Translations under genes and position numbers: made by a program | The notes under the pieces: model-generated | Told to the model about the DNA's origin: nothing | Database searches by the model: none | The model's input: only the letters and a program-made list of their open reading frames with translations | Part shown: positions 13,207 through 25,241 of the stretch, one piece after another | Position numbering within the stretch: position 1 is the first letter of the stretch | Layout: each line of letters starts with the position of its first letter | Origin: Octopus sinensis | Taxonomy: Eukaryota | Direction: 5' to 3' | DNA length: 64,000 nt | Assembly (NCBI RefSeq): GCF_006345805.1 | Contig: NC_043005.1 | Span: forward strand, 8,618,001-8,682,000

Positions 13207-14187
13207 TTAGTTGGTGTATGCATTAGTATGGCACATCATATATGATGTGATGTGTAAAGTCGTGTGGTGTAGTGTGGAGAGAGGAGAAGAGGGGAGGGGG
13301 AGAAGAGGGGGAGGAGAGGAGGGGGATAGAGGGGAGAGAAAGGAGGGGGAGAAGGAAGGGGAGGAGGGGAGGAGGAAGGAGGAAAGAGGGAGAGGGGGAG
13401 AGAGAAGGGGAGTGAGGGAGCAGAGGGAAGGGGAAGAGGGAAGGAGGGAGGGAGAAAGAGGGAAGAAGGGAAGGGGAGTAGGGGTGAAAGGATGAAGGAC
13501 TGAAGAAGTAGGGGTCGGGGGGAAGGTAGGTGAGGAGGGGGGAGAGTTGAGACCAAATGGCGTATAAGAGCGAAGAGAGAAGATTAATTCCTGTTCACGG
13601 CGCAAACGGGAATCCGGATGGCCTCTGTGTAAGGACAAACCGAACACAGATAGGTGTTGCAAGGAGTGACCGGTGGAGCGGAAATGGCGAGAGACCGGTG
13701 TGTCGTTCGCAAGGTGGATGTCACGAAGGTGTTCCGCGAACCGGTCAGCCAAGCGGCGTCCCGTTTGTCCGATGTACAAGGAATGGCAGAGAGAGCAAGA
13801 GACGCAATAGATAATATTGCTGGAGGTGCAGGTGAAGGAGTGGATGATGGGATAGGGTCGATGATAGGTGCTAGTGAGGAGGGTGGTGTTGGAGAGGTAA
13901 GGGCAAGTGCGGCAACGTGGGCGGGAGCAGGGGAACGAGCCGGGTTGGGAGGTAGGGTCAGGGAAGGAGCTATGGACCAAAAGGTCTCGAAGGTTGTGGG
14001 CTCGTTTGAAAGAGGGGAGGGGTCGGTTAGGGAAGAGGTGTGAAGTGGACGGGTCGGAGTGGAGATGACGGAAAGCTCGAAGAATGGTGCGTTGGAGAGG
14101 TAGGGTCGTGGGGTGGTAAGTGAGGGGAAAAGGGAGGCGGGAGACTACAGGGCGGGTTCGGGGAGAGAGAGCAGATACACGGTCCAC
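13207..14187 (-). CDS. Penelope-like GIY-YIG endonuclease with Cys-rich linker; RT core missing (frame opens near 14235, GIY-YIG ends near 13546)
   Basis: FKRAHNLRDLLVHS, FPCSRPRCRTC, FTCTSSNIIYCVSCSLC..LYIGQTGRRLADRFAEH, HF..GH, R..REQELIFSL....PFGLN; the C-terminal Pro/Ser/Leu tail is low-complexity read-through. Confidence 0.88.
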   Translation of the reverse strand: MDRVSALSPRTRPVVSRLPFPLTYHPTTLPLQRTILRAFRHLHSDPSTSHLFPNRPLPSFKRAHNLRDLLVHSSFPDPTSQPGSFPCSRPRCRTCPYLSNTTLLTSTYHRPYPIIHSFTCTSSNIIYCVSCSLCHSLYIGQTGRRLADRFAEHLRDIHLANDTPVSRHFRSTGHSLQHLSVFGLSLHRGHPDSRLRREQELIFSLRSYTPFGLNSPPSSPTFPPTPTSSVLHPFTPTPLPFFPLSPSLLPSSPSLCSLTPLLSPPLPLSSFLLPSSPSFSPSFLSPLSPSSPPPLLPLPSSPLSTLHHTTLHITSYMMCHTNAYTN

Positions 14188-14763
14188 GGACTGTGCTCTG
14201 GCAAGAGCGGTGTGGATAGTAGTAGAGAGAGACCACTATATGGACACCCTCTAATATGTATATAATACAATTTTACAGAACCTTCAGTTTTTTATATGCT
14301 AGACCATTGGTGTGAAATCGATGTTAATTAAATTAATATCGAATTTCTTACCCTCATTTTAAATTTATATATATATTCATAGATATATATTTCTATTTTC
14401 TCGAGAAGTTTAGAAAAGTAGCACACCGAAATGAATGTGTGTCTTTGAAAAGCTGAAATGAAAGAAAGTCTCTTACACAAAATGTTCTTTGGATTGTATC
14501 ATCACCAATTAGGATTTTACTTCCTCGACTTAATTATATATATATATATATATATATACAAACACAGATTAAAACTTTTTTATCATGGAGTAGTTGATCA
14601 CAATCTACACAGGTCTAAACTAAAGCAACAATGAAAGAACGAAGACTAGAAACGGCCACTAATACCTGACTCACATTATATACATTTGCAGCGTGGAAGG
14701 TGTTTGTAAGCCATTTAAGAAACACACAAAAGCCGTTCGATTCACTTCAACATTTAAGTTTAA

Positions 14764-14814
14764 TTTGTCAAAATATTTTCGTCGCTTTAAGACCGCGACC
14801 TGTTCACTGACAAA
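14764..14814 (-). ncRNA. Minimal hammerhead-like ribozyme with G3:C8 covariant core (mirror copy)
   Basis: Exact reverse complement of 14835-14885. Confidence 0.6.
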
Positions 14815-14834
14815 AAACCTGTGCAGCACAGATT

Positions 14835-14885
14835 TTTGTCAGTGAACAGGTCGCGGTCTTAAAGCGACGAAAATATTTTGACAAA
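14835..14885 (+). ncRNA. Minimal hammerhead-like ribozyme with G3:C8 covariant core
   Basis: tttgtca-GTGAACA-g-gtcgc(ggtcttaaa)gcgac-GAAA-ATAT-TT-tgacaaa; 7-bp helix I, 5-bp helix II, AAUAUU palindrome. Confidence 0.6.
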
Positions 14886-15608
14886 TTAAACTTAAATGTT
14901 GAAGTGAATCGAACGGCTTTTGTGTGTTTCTTAAATGGCTTACAAACACCTTCCACGCTGCAATTGTTTTCGTTTCAGCACACGATCTCAGATCAAATTA
15001 CTTGCTATGCGAGTACAACTCCGTAATTATATACATTTATTTTGATAAAAACAGAAAATCCCTTTTTAATAGTTCTACGAATAAGAGAGAAAACTCGCAT
15101 CGGAACATTGGCACCGCTTACTTAGACAATGATTGTTGTGTTCTTCCGTCTATCAGGCAACAGGAAAGAAGTAACAAAACACGAAGTCGCAAAACCACTA
15201 ATAGTTTTTAAAAATAAACATAAACCGTCTTGGCCTCAAGGAATTATTTCATTTAGCAACATACTAACATATGTCATTCTTATTTTTGTTTTTGTTTTCG
15301 TTGCCTGTATACTTTGGTTCTGTCATTATTGTTGTTGTTGCTTTTGGATTGTTGATATTGTTGCTATTTCGTTAATGTTCTTATTGTGATATAGCTTTAG
15401 GCCACACCTAATTGAGCAGATAATTCGAATTTGTGTAAGAGACTTGCTTATCATATGATACTTTCTGTCGTAATTTGACTTTGCGCATATATTTGCAAAC
15501 ACATTGGATTGCATCTATGAGAATACATATATGACAGGCATCTAAATACGAGTATATATATATATATATATATATAGATGACTGTGTGTGTGTGTGTGTG
15601 TGAATATA

Positions 15609-15821
15609 TATTTCTTTACTACCCACAAGGGGCTAAACATAGAGGGGTCAAACAAGGACAGACATCGACCCCAGTGCGAAACTGATACTTTATTTATTGA
15701 CCCCGAAAGGATGAAAGGAAAAGTCTACCTCGGCGAAATTTGAACTCAGAATGTAACGTCTGACGAAATACCGCTAAGCATTTCGCCCGGCGCGCTAACG
15801 TTTCTGCCAGCTCGCCGCCTT
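15609..15821 (-). mobile_element. SINE family C
   Basis: Reverse-complement homologue of the 1042 unit. Confidence 0.85.
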
Positions 15822-16613
15822 GTGTGTGTGAATATATGTATATTAAATATATTTGAATTTTAAATATACTTTCATCTCTCTCTGTGTAGCTTATATGAGT
15901 ATATGTATGTAATCATGTGTCACTCTATTTTGAATGAATTCCTTAAAAAATGCTGATACTCTCCAGTTCGTCCGGAAATGCAATCCATCCAGAATAATGT
16001 TCAAGTTTAGATTTATATAAATGTAGTACTTAAAGTAAAAACTTACACTTAATTGTAGTATTTCTCATGAATAAACCGTTTTATTCTTTTCCAAAATACT
16101 ATACGGAATATATAAGTACTGTAATCATACGGTTTTCTAATTAGTAAGGATTAGTAATGGCTAATGTGTAGAGCTAATGCTTTTTGTCTGTAGATATCAA
16201 CAACAAATTCAGAAAACTGATAGTCTACAAACCTTTCAAGAGAATATTTCAGCTATCAAAGGGAAACATTTTGACTTTCAACATGGAACATACATTCAGT
16301 TACATACGCACTGACACACATACGCATACACACACACGCACACACACAAACACACACACACAGACACACAGACACACACACATACACATATAAATGTATA
16401 CATGTACATACGTATATATGTGCGTATATTTATTGAAATACTGTTTTGTTAGCATCGACTATAGAATATATCCATAGATTTTCAACCAGCACTGTATATT
16501 AGGGTAGACAAATTTGTTTACTTATCTGTCCTATTTCACATTGTATCTCGTTGAGTAATAAATTGCCAGTGGGATAACAGCATTTCGTTTTGCGTGTGTG
16601 TGAGTGTATATAT

Positions 16614-16648
<35 letters not shown>

Positions 16649-16651
<3 letters not shown>

Positions 16652-16881
16652 TTCTTTACTACCCACAAGGGGCCAAACACAGAGGGGACAAACAAGGACA
16701 GACAAAGGGATCAAGTCGATTATATCGACCCCAGTGCGTAACTGGTACTTAACTTATCGACCCCGAAAGGATGAAAGGCAAAGTCGACCTCGGCGGAATT
16801 TGAACTCGGAACGTAACGACAGACGAAATACGGCTACGCAGGTCGCCCGGCGTGCTAACGTTTCTGCCAGCTCGTTGCCTT
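16649..16881 (-). mobile_element. SINE family C
   Basis: Reverse-complement homologue of the 1042 unit. Confidence 0.85.
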
Positions 16882-16994
16882 CATATATATATATATATAG
16901 CATATGTAAATGATACCGGTAGTAAGAACGGATAATCTTTATCCCTAAGACTGTTATTCCAACCGCTAACCCTGCTAGCGCCTGTAAGAGCCCC

Positions 16995-17420
16995 CATTAA
17001 TAGCAACAGTCCAGAAGACAGTTCTCTGAGGTATTCCAATCGGTATTGATATTTCCTTGGATAGAACTGCAGTGGTTCTTACAGCCTGATTTCATGTCAT
17101 CAGTCTCCCAGTTTGCCAACTATACCGAGTTTTTGCCGCTTGTGTGTGGTCATCTCGTAATGAAACCTATCAAATGCCTTTGAAAATTCGAGATATATCA
17201 CATTCATCTTCAATATGCATGCTGCAGAATTAGTGCAATACAGCTTCTTCCTGTGTGGAGGTCATATTGTCTGGGGATGCATGTCACTATATTCTAGGAA
17301 CATGTTCAGCTTCCGCATCTACTCTGCTTCCTACTTTACGGATAGGGCATATTATGCTCTCCTTTAACATTCTGAGAAGCCTACCATTCGCAAGGAAGCT
17401 TCGGAAGAGGATATGCAAAG
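16995..17420 (-). pseudogene. Degenerate CR1/L2-type LINE reverse transcriptase fragment
   Basis: MLKESIICPIRK.G ... VIYLEFSKAFD ... KLGIVGKL resembles the RT motif IYLDFSKAFD; stops and frameshifts present. Confidence 0.7.
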
Positions 17421-17469
17421 GAACTACTAAGGACCCCTTGCCTTTTTTTTTCTTTGAGTGCCGAGAATC

Positions 17470-18440
17470 TATCAAGGCAATTCAAGCAGCAAGACATTTA
17501 AAAAAAATACGAAGGCACGAAAAAGCTTATAAATAAATGGCAAGAAAACTACTTCATAGCCAGTATTCGAAAGAACAAGGGCAGTAGATATGGATAAAGA
17601 AAGAACATATTAGTGACCTCGTAGTTTAGGTCTAATGGAGGAAACTGAGTGAATCTCTACACACAACAAAGTAGCAAGCAAACCTTCTCCACAATGGTAC
17701 TGATCCAAAGTATAGACTATCTTATAATACTACTGAAATCATCAACCACATTGTGACTGATTGCTCTAAACTCGCATTAAACAAGTACAAAACCAGGCAT
17801 GACCTAATAGAGCAGTACCTACATTGGAACACCTGTCGTCATTATGACTCTCCCTTTTCTAAGAACTGATATGATCAACACACGAAACCAGTCAAAGAGA
17901 GATAAAGTTACTGCATAATATTACGGTAAATAAGATTTGAAATAGGAAGAAAAATGGTACGAGCATCAACCAGAAAGTGTAATAGAGACGACTAATATGA
18001 GATTTTATGGAATTTCAATATATAGACTGATCGCAAAATTCATGCCAGATGACTAGATATTATGGTTCTTAACTAGGAGAAAAAGAGTTCACCATCATAG
18101 ATGTAGCTATATCTGCAGATGATTGTAGCGAACAGAGAAAAGGAAAAAAATAGAAAAATACCAGGATTTGACAAGTGAAATACGATGGCTGTGGAGGGCT
18201 TGTACAAAAGTAATTCCAGTTGTTGTAGGTGTCCTAAGCACCGTCAGCCTTAGACTTAACAGCTCCCTTATTGAGACTGGTGTAACTGTAAGAGTTGCGT
18301 TGATTCAGAAATCTTCTGTATTGGGAACAATCTGGATTGTAATATAGATCCTGGATATCCTAGGAAACTGATGAGAACTGGAATCAACGACTAGAAATCC
18401 GAATGTAAAACATTCGTGCATTCCAGAAATAACAACAATA
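17470..18440 (+). pseudogene. Degenerate Dong/R4-clade LINE 3' portion (zinc knuckle and restriction-like endonuclease)
   Basis: DPKYRL...EIINHIVTDCSKLALNKYKTRHD..EQYLHW, then LWNFNI.TDRKI..R..DI, IIDVAI, KIEKYQDL, PVVVGVL; many stops; short aat-type tail. Confidence 0.8.
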
Positions 18441-19499
18441 ATTTTGGCACAAGGGACGAGAAACCAAGAGTCAGGAGTACGAAAATCTCTGGCCTTGATC
18501 CAGTTTCACTATCTCCTATGTCATTAGTTTAACCTGCTTTCTATATTACCATAGGTAATTAAGACTCGATACAACTCTCCGTTTCGCCATGCACGGCTTA
18601 ATGGAGCACATATCACAGCATACGTGAAACGACCGCCTGAAAATAACGCAAATAACATTGCTCACACTCTTAACAGCAGACGAATTGCTTAATTAAAATC
18701 AAAAACAGAAACAAAAACAATTCATAATGCAGATTAAAATCGATGTAATGTACGTAGTTTCTCTCTTTCTTTTAGAGATACATTATCGTCTGTTGAGGTA
18801 AATACATAGAACATGTGACATTTCCTTCTTTTATGGGTCATTGGCAGCAATAGCCAGTAGATTTGTGAGATTTTATATTAGCTTCGTTGCCGTACCAGAC
18901 AACGTTTCCAATAAATTCTTTCCCACATTAATCATTAACTGCAGTTGAGCCTCGCTGAGTAGAAATTCTGCATTTCCATACAAGTTCAGAAAGGTGTTTG
19001 AATTTAATACTGTAAAAATCTCTTTAAGACTTAGAAATGTGATTGCATTCAAATATCACGAATATTTTTGTAGAAGATTGGCATACATAAATAAAGCAAC
19101 ATCTTCGAGAGAAGCAACGAGGTATAAGATGGAAATATAGTGCATTGTGCATCAATTCTATTTTCGTATAGGATTTAATATGTAAACATTTCCGTTATAC
19201 CTTGTATAAAATGATTTACCTTGTTATTTCATTGGAGTTTAAATTCCATTTGACAATGTCTGTAGATAGAAACATTGCGAGACTAATGTGCTTCATGTTA
19301 CATTAAACGATTGTATTCTTCGTCCCACTGTCGTTATTGTTGACTGTGCTATTGTCTCAAGTAGTGTTAGTATTCTTGCTATCTTTTTATTATTTTTTTT
19401 GTTATTATTTTTATTGTTGCTATCTATTCTAATTTTCGAATAGATAATGAAGTAGCTACAACCTACAAGAATATAATGATAATGTGAAAGATGCAAATA

Positions 19500-19561
19500 A
19501 AAATTATAATAATAATAACAATAAAATTAATAATAAAAATAAAAATAACAACAACAACAAC

Positions 19562-19602
<41 letters not shown>

Positions 19603-19642
19603 TAATTCTTCTTCTTCTTCTTCTTCTTCTTATTATTATTAT
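19500..19642. repeat. Compound (AAT)/(AAC)/(CTT) trinucleotide microsatellite
   Basis: Seen directly. Confidence 0.9.
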
Positions 19643-20366
19643 TAAAATTACATATTCGTCTTAAGCATACATCATTCTACATTCTGTGCGACACATTAAT
19701 ATTGCGTAGAATAATTCATATCCTTGAAATTTCTCTTCAATAGTAGTCAATTACATCTTTCACTTGATCAATAGTTCTCAACAAAATTCACTGGAAACTA
19801 TTCTGATATTAACAATATCTGAAAAGGTTTCCATATTACATATCATGCCATGCGTAAATCAATCCAGGTGATTTCAGTAAACTCAAAGCAATATACTTTT
19901 ATTCATGTGCTTATAATATTTGCAAATAAATTTCACGTCTGCATTGTCCAGCACATATTGACAGATATTTTCAACTACATATACAATAAATAAACAGATA
20001 CGATTAGAAACAATACTACAGAAATGAGTATAGAACATTAAATGTTCACTCTAACGTTCTACAAAATGAGATATCGCATATATCTACAAATGTCAACGTA
20101 ATTTGTAGAAATAATTTTAACGGGAATAACTTATTTAAATATCCAAATAATTGAGCTTAAATATCAAATACAAAAATACACATTTCAATTTAAAATTCCA
20201 TTCTAAACTTAATAGGCTTGTGTTACTTTTATACAATATTTTGTCTTTTATTTTATGTTTTAAATCAAACCATGTATGTTAAATTGTGAAAGCGTTGCTA
20301 GGGAAATACTGTGCCATATTTACAGAACAAATTATATATATGTATACATACATACATATATATATA

Positions 20367-20440
<74 letters not shown>

Positions 20441-20461
20441 TATATATAATATATATATATA

Positions 20462-20514
<53 letters not shown>

Positions 20515-20666
20515 TAGTTGAGTGAATTATCCTAATATAGATAATTCGGTTAACCGATACCTGGGTAGCAAATTCACGTCAGAAGACACGGTTGAAGCTA
20601 CATGCCAAGGGCAAAGATCACGTGCTTTCGTGTGGAAATTTGTGAGTTTTTTTTTACTATAAATAA

Positions 20667-20777
20667 ATGAAAGAATGGAGTCGAACGACGACGATTTAAC
20701 AAAATTCCTTTATTCTCGAAACATATGTCGAAAATAAAGGAATTTTGTTAAATCGTCGTTCGACTCCATTCTTTCAT
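20667..20777. repeat. 111-bp palindrome
   Basis: atgaaagaatggagtcgaacgacg..atttaacaaaattcctttatt mirrored by aataaaggaattttgttaaatcgtcgttcgactccattctttcat, with one acg indel. Confidence 0.92.
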
Positions 20778-20782
20778 ATATA

Positions 20783-20823
<41 letters not shown>

Positions 20824-20852
20824 GTGTTTGTGTTTTCATACGTACTTAAACA

Positions 20853-21910
20853 TATGGAAGGTGGTACTAAAAACTTGATGGCTGTGAGTAAAAGAAAACA
20901 CAGGAGGATGCGTTAATTATGATTTTGTTCAACATATTCCCCTTTCACATTCACACACTTCTTGCATCAGTCCATCATTTTTTCTAAGTCCTGTAAAATG
21001 AACTCGGAATGTTGGGCCTCCAACCAGGTCTCTGTCATAACGATCACATCCGAATCGTAGTGAAATTTCGTTCCCTTGGGATGTTTCGTCATTTGTGTGA
21101 AGAGAGGACCAAATCAGGAGAGTAAGGGGTCGGTGGTGTTTCATTTCGAAACCAAAGTCGCGTATTTCCCGTAGAGTGTTACGTGCTGTGTGTGCTGGTG
21201 CATTGTCCTGCAAAAACAGGAGACTGCAGCTCAGCTTTCCTCAGCGTTTGTGCTTCAAGGCTTCATGCAGTTTGTCCAACAGAGACATGTAGTATCTTGC
21301 TTTGTTGGTGCGACCCTTTGACCTCAGAACACTGAAACTAGAATCTTTCCAGCTGACTTCTGGGTAGGACACTTATTGAATGGGGTTACTACATTGATTG
21401 CTGCTTGGTTTGGGGATCATAACGATAAAACTACATGAGCCATAAAATAATCTTCTGCTGAAAACCGGTCAAAAATCACCTTGGATGTCATCACTTTGAT
21501 GCGCTTCTGATCTGCATTCAGGCATTTCGCCACCCATTTTGTGGGAAGCTTTCACATGTCTAGAAGTTTGTGGATGATGTGATGTACACTGTCACAGGAA
21601 GTACCCCGATTCTCAGCTATGAGTTTAGCTGAAATCCAGTGGTCCTCGAGAATCAAGCTGTTTACAGAGTCGGCTTTGCCTTCTGTGGTCGGGAAAGTTG
21701 GCTGTCCTGACCGGGGTTAATCTGTGACCTCGAGATGACCAGTTCGAAAGCGTGAAACTTAAATTTCCACCGTGAAGTAAGATGTGCAGCCTTACTTTAA
21801 AGGTTCGCCATGGATTTCCGCTGGTCCTTTGCCTTGCAAAAAGGGGATCCTCATGACTGCAAGTGCTTCAATTTTACCAAAATCCACTGCAAGAACAGCT
21901 ATCATGCGCT
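20853..21910 (-). mobile_element. Degenerate near-full-length mariner transposase
   Basis: Minus strand includes PRSGQP, KWVAKCLNADQK, QDNAPAHTA (ORF 20929-21213) and a KCVNVKGxYVE-type C-terminus; multiple stops. Confidence 0.85.
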
Positions 21911-22125
21911 AAATCTGCAAAACAGAGAAAGATAAATACATAGAATCCTGAATATTTTGCATATCTTCTCCCAAATAGTTAACCTATCGCCTCTGAAAAA
22001 GGTAAGAGCTCTTCCTTACCGCGATACACTTAGATCCAGGAACATTTCAGTACCTCTCGAACAGGCAGTTGCATGCATTCCCCCTATATATATATATATA
22101 TATATACATACGTACATACATACAT

Positions 22126-22165
<40 letters not shown>

Positions 22166-22196
22166 TATATATTATATATATACATATATAATATAC

Positions 22197-22227
<31 letters not shown>

Positions 22228-22248
22228 CATATATACATATATATATAC

Positions 22249-22285
<37 letters not shown>

Positions 22286-22332
22286 CATATATACGTATAT
22301 ATATACATATATACGTATATATATACATATAT

Positions 22333-22645
22333 ATCACCGTGATCACCGTGACCGACCAGGTTATCAGATGTTGGTACACATCGCTGGTCACAATGCGCTT
22401 CGCATTGTTTTAGCCTTCAAATGACGCCACCCCGCTGGCTAAGCGACCAGGCCGACAGAAGAAAGAGTGAGAGAAAGTTGTGGCGAAAGAGTACAGCAGG
22501 GATCGCCACCACCCCCTGCAGGAGCCTCGTGAAGCTTTAGGTGTTTTCGCTCAATAAACACTCACAACGCTCGGTCTGGGAATCGAAACCACGATCCTAC
22601 GACCGCGAGTCCGCTGCCCTAACCACTGGGCCATTGCGCCTCCAC
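22333..22645 (-). mobile_element. SINE family A' (family A head and body, different 3' tail)
   Basis: Matches family A up to caactttctctcactct, then an unrelated tail ending cacggtgatcacggtgat. Confidence 0.8.
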
Positions 22646-22687
22646 ACATACATATATATATATATATACACACATATATATATATAC

Positions 22688-22718
<31 letters not shown>

Positions 22719-22721
22719 CAT

Positions 22722-22762
<41 letters not shown>

Positions 22763-22989
22763 AATATATATATATATTAATATAAATCTATCTATATATA
22801 TATTTATATATATACATATATATGTATGTGTGTGTGTGTGTGTGTTGTTTATTTGTGTGTCTGTCTGAGTCTGTGTGTCTGTGTGTGTACTTAGATAGTT
22901 GGAAAAATTCCGGCTGAAATTGCTCCAACACAGGACAAACTGAACAACACCTGGAAAAGACATTCAATGATGTTTCATATTACAGTCAT

Positions 22990-24030
22990 TCCGTGTGTAT
23001 CGCAGCACATTCGCCTACAGGGTTAATGTTTGCTAAGATATATCCGGTTGTAGGCGGTTCATCTTGAATGTGTTGGTGATATTTATCCAGAGAGCATGTG
23101 AATGCCATGAGGTATTTTCTTCTTTTACGCGTCTTACTAGAGAGATCAGGGCAAGTTGAAGTAAATATAATTGTCTTAGCGTTGTGATGTGACGCGAGCA
23201 TGAATTTTGTAGAGGATACAGGGCCTAAAGTTTGGATAAATTTTAAAGTTACTTCATTATGACAATGGCGTTAGAATCCTTCCGCATCTTACAAATGATA
23301 TATCGCTTACGGTGGCGTCGGACGGAAATAAGTTGGAGCTTCTCGAATCGATCCCAATCATGAAGATCTGCCATGTCATTGTGTTTGAGATTGATTTCTG
23401 GGGTGCTTAAAGTTTTATGATATTTTGTTTCGTGTAGTCAGATCAAAGTAGACAAACAGTATTTATGATGAGTGGTGGAGGCGCAATGGCCCAGTGGTTA
23501 GGGCAGCGGACTCGCGGTCGTAGGATCGCGGTTTCGATTCCCAGACCGGGCGTTGTGAGTGTTTATTGAGCGAAAACACCTAAAAGCTCCATGAGGCTCC
23601 GACAGGGGATGGTGGTGATCCCTGCTGTACACTTTCACCACAACTTTCTCTCACTCTTACTTCCTGTTTCTGTTGTACCTGTATTTCAAAAGGCCAGCCT
23701 TGTCACCCCTCTGTGTCACGCTGAATATCCCCGAGAACTGTCTGTGAAGTGCTCAGCCACTTACACGTTAATTTCACGAGCAGGCTGTTCCGTTGATTCG
23801 GATCAACCGGAACCCTCGTCGTCGTAACCGACGGAGTGCTTCCATCCATGATGAGTGGTGAAGGCAGTGAAGACAAAGCTAATTGTGGAAGTGTTTCTAA
23901 ACTGAAAATTCCTGAGAATCCAAGAGCAGGTCTTCTGGTCCAATTCAACCTTGCTATTTATGTGGACATTCTAGCTTAAATTGTTGTCGACAGTTTCTCC
24001 GAGGAATCTGGGAAAGTTTGATGTCAAGAG
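22990..24030 (-). pseudogene. Degenerate CR1/L2-type LINE RT C-terminus interrupted by a SINE
   Basis: TVDNNLS*NVHI upstream of the SINE; DRFEKLQLISVRRHRKRYII and LDKYHQHIQDEPPTTGY downstream. Confidence 0.6.
23478..23847 (+). mobile_element. SINE family A, full length
   Basis: 13-bp TSD atgatgagtggtg at 23465-23477 and 23848-23860. Confidence 0.92.
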
Positions 24031-24539
24031 GCTTTTAATAGAAGGAAGAGTGTAGGTAGTTTAATTGCAGTAATTTTCCCGAAGTGCATTAATTCAAATT
24101 TATTCTAGCTTAGTCGCATAATACAGCATCAAAGACACTATGAAATATTACCATACACTGCTGGTCACTAAGTGCTTCCTCGCATTGATGCGGCTTTCGA
24201 ATAGTACTCATATACGTATATATTCATATTCATATAAAACATTTGTTATATATTATTTCTACGGTCAGTTATATAACAGATCGCATTTTGAATTATAAGA
24301 TTAAAATGCAAAGAAACAAGAACAAAAATAATATGAAAAAGAAAACAGAAAGAAAAGAGGAAAAAATTGTTGGTGAAGCAGCAGAAGACAGAAGAGCAGG
24401 GGACGATGAGTTACACAGCCCGGAACAAATGGCGTGCTCAGCCGTGCCCCATGATAATGACTGTTATGGCATTACCGAGGAGAATGGCTAGCGACACTCG
24501 CTGCTTTTGCCACTCGACCTCACGGAGCTCATTTCTCGG

Positions 24540-24841
24540 ACTGGCCGCTGTGATCCAGATTCCGAAGAGGAAGTCATTTGCACGAAGTCTGAGAATAATT
24601 AACGCCTCGACGGCGAACGACACAAACTGATGGCGGCCGGTCAGGCCTCTGTATTTATTGATTTCTCTCTCCTCAGCATTGAATGCTCGAAATGAGGAGC
24701 AGACAGACAGCCGACAACCAATGAAGGATCGTTTATCTGTGTTTACTTCTCCTGTTTTCCATTTTTTTTTGTTTACGTATTTAACACATTTGTCTACGTA
24801 TTGCATGTTGTTTACGCAGTTGGTGACGCCCTGTACCCATA
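24540..24841. mobile_element. Dispersed repeat family F fragment
   Basis: Shares gag(c/t)agacagacagccg...gtacccatat with the arms of 52800-54045. Confidence 0.5.
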
Positions 24842-25241
24842 TACTCTTTTACTTGTTTCAGTCATTTGACTATGGCCATGCTGGAGCACCGCCTTTAGTC
24901 GAGCAAATCGACCCCGGGACTTATTCTTTGTAAGCCCAGTACTTATTCTATCGGTCTCTTTTGCCGAACTGCTAAGTGACGGGGACGTAAACACACCAGC
25001 ATCGGTTGTCAAGCAATGCTAGGGGAACAAACATAGACACACAAACACACACGCTCATACATATATATACATATATACGACAGGCTTCTTTCAGTTTCCG
25101 TCTACCAAATCCACTCACAAGGCTTTGGTCAGCCCGGCGCTATAGCAGAAGACACTTGCCCAAGATGCCACACAGTGGGACTGAACCCGGAAGCATGTGG
25201 TTGGTTAGCAAGCTACTTACCACACAGCCAGTCCTGCGCCT
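24842..25241 (-). mobile_element. SINE family B
   Basis: Homologue of 2644-3130; very similar to 45684-46090. Confidence 0.88.

Larger units (their letters stand above)
12796..14250 (-). mobile_element. 5'-truncated Penelope-like retroelement (Neptune-type) with 3' terminal region
   Basis: Open frame covering RT thumb/linker and GIY-YIG endonuclease, then purine/pyrimidine tract, (tatgtattag)x4 and a hammerhead-like motif. Confidence 0.9.
14686..14963. repeat. Near-perfect 278-bp palindrome (fold-back element)
   Basis: Arms of about 139 bp are reverse complements apart from a mismatch/indel near the centre (ctgtgc-a-gcacag). Confidence 0.97.
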
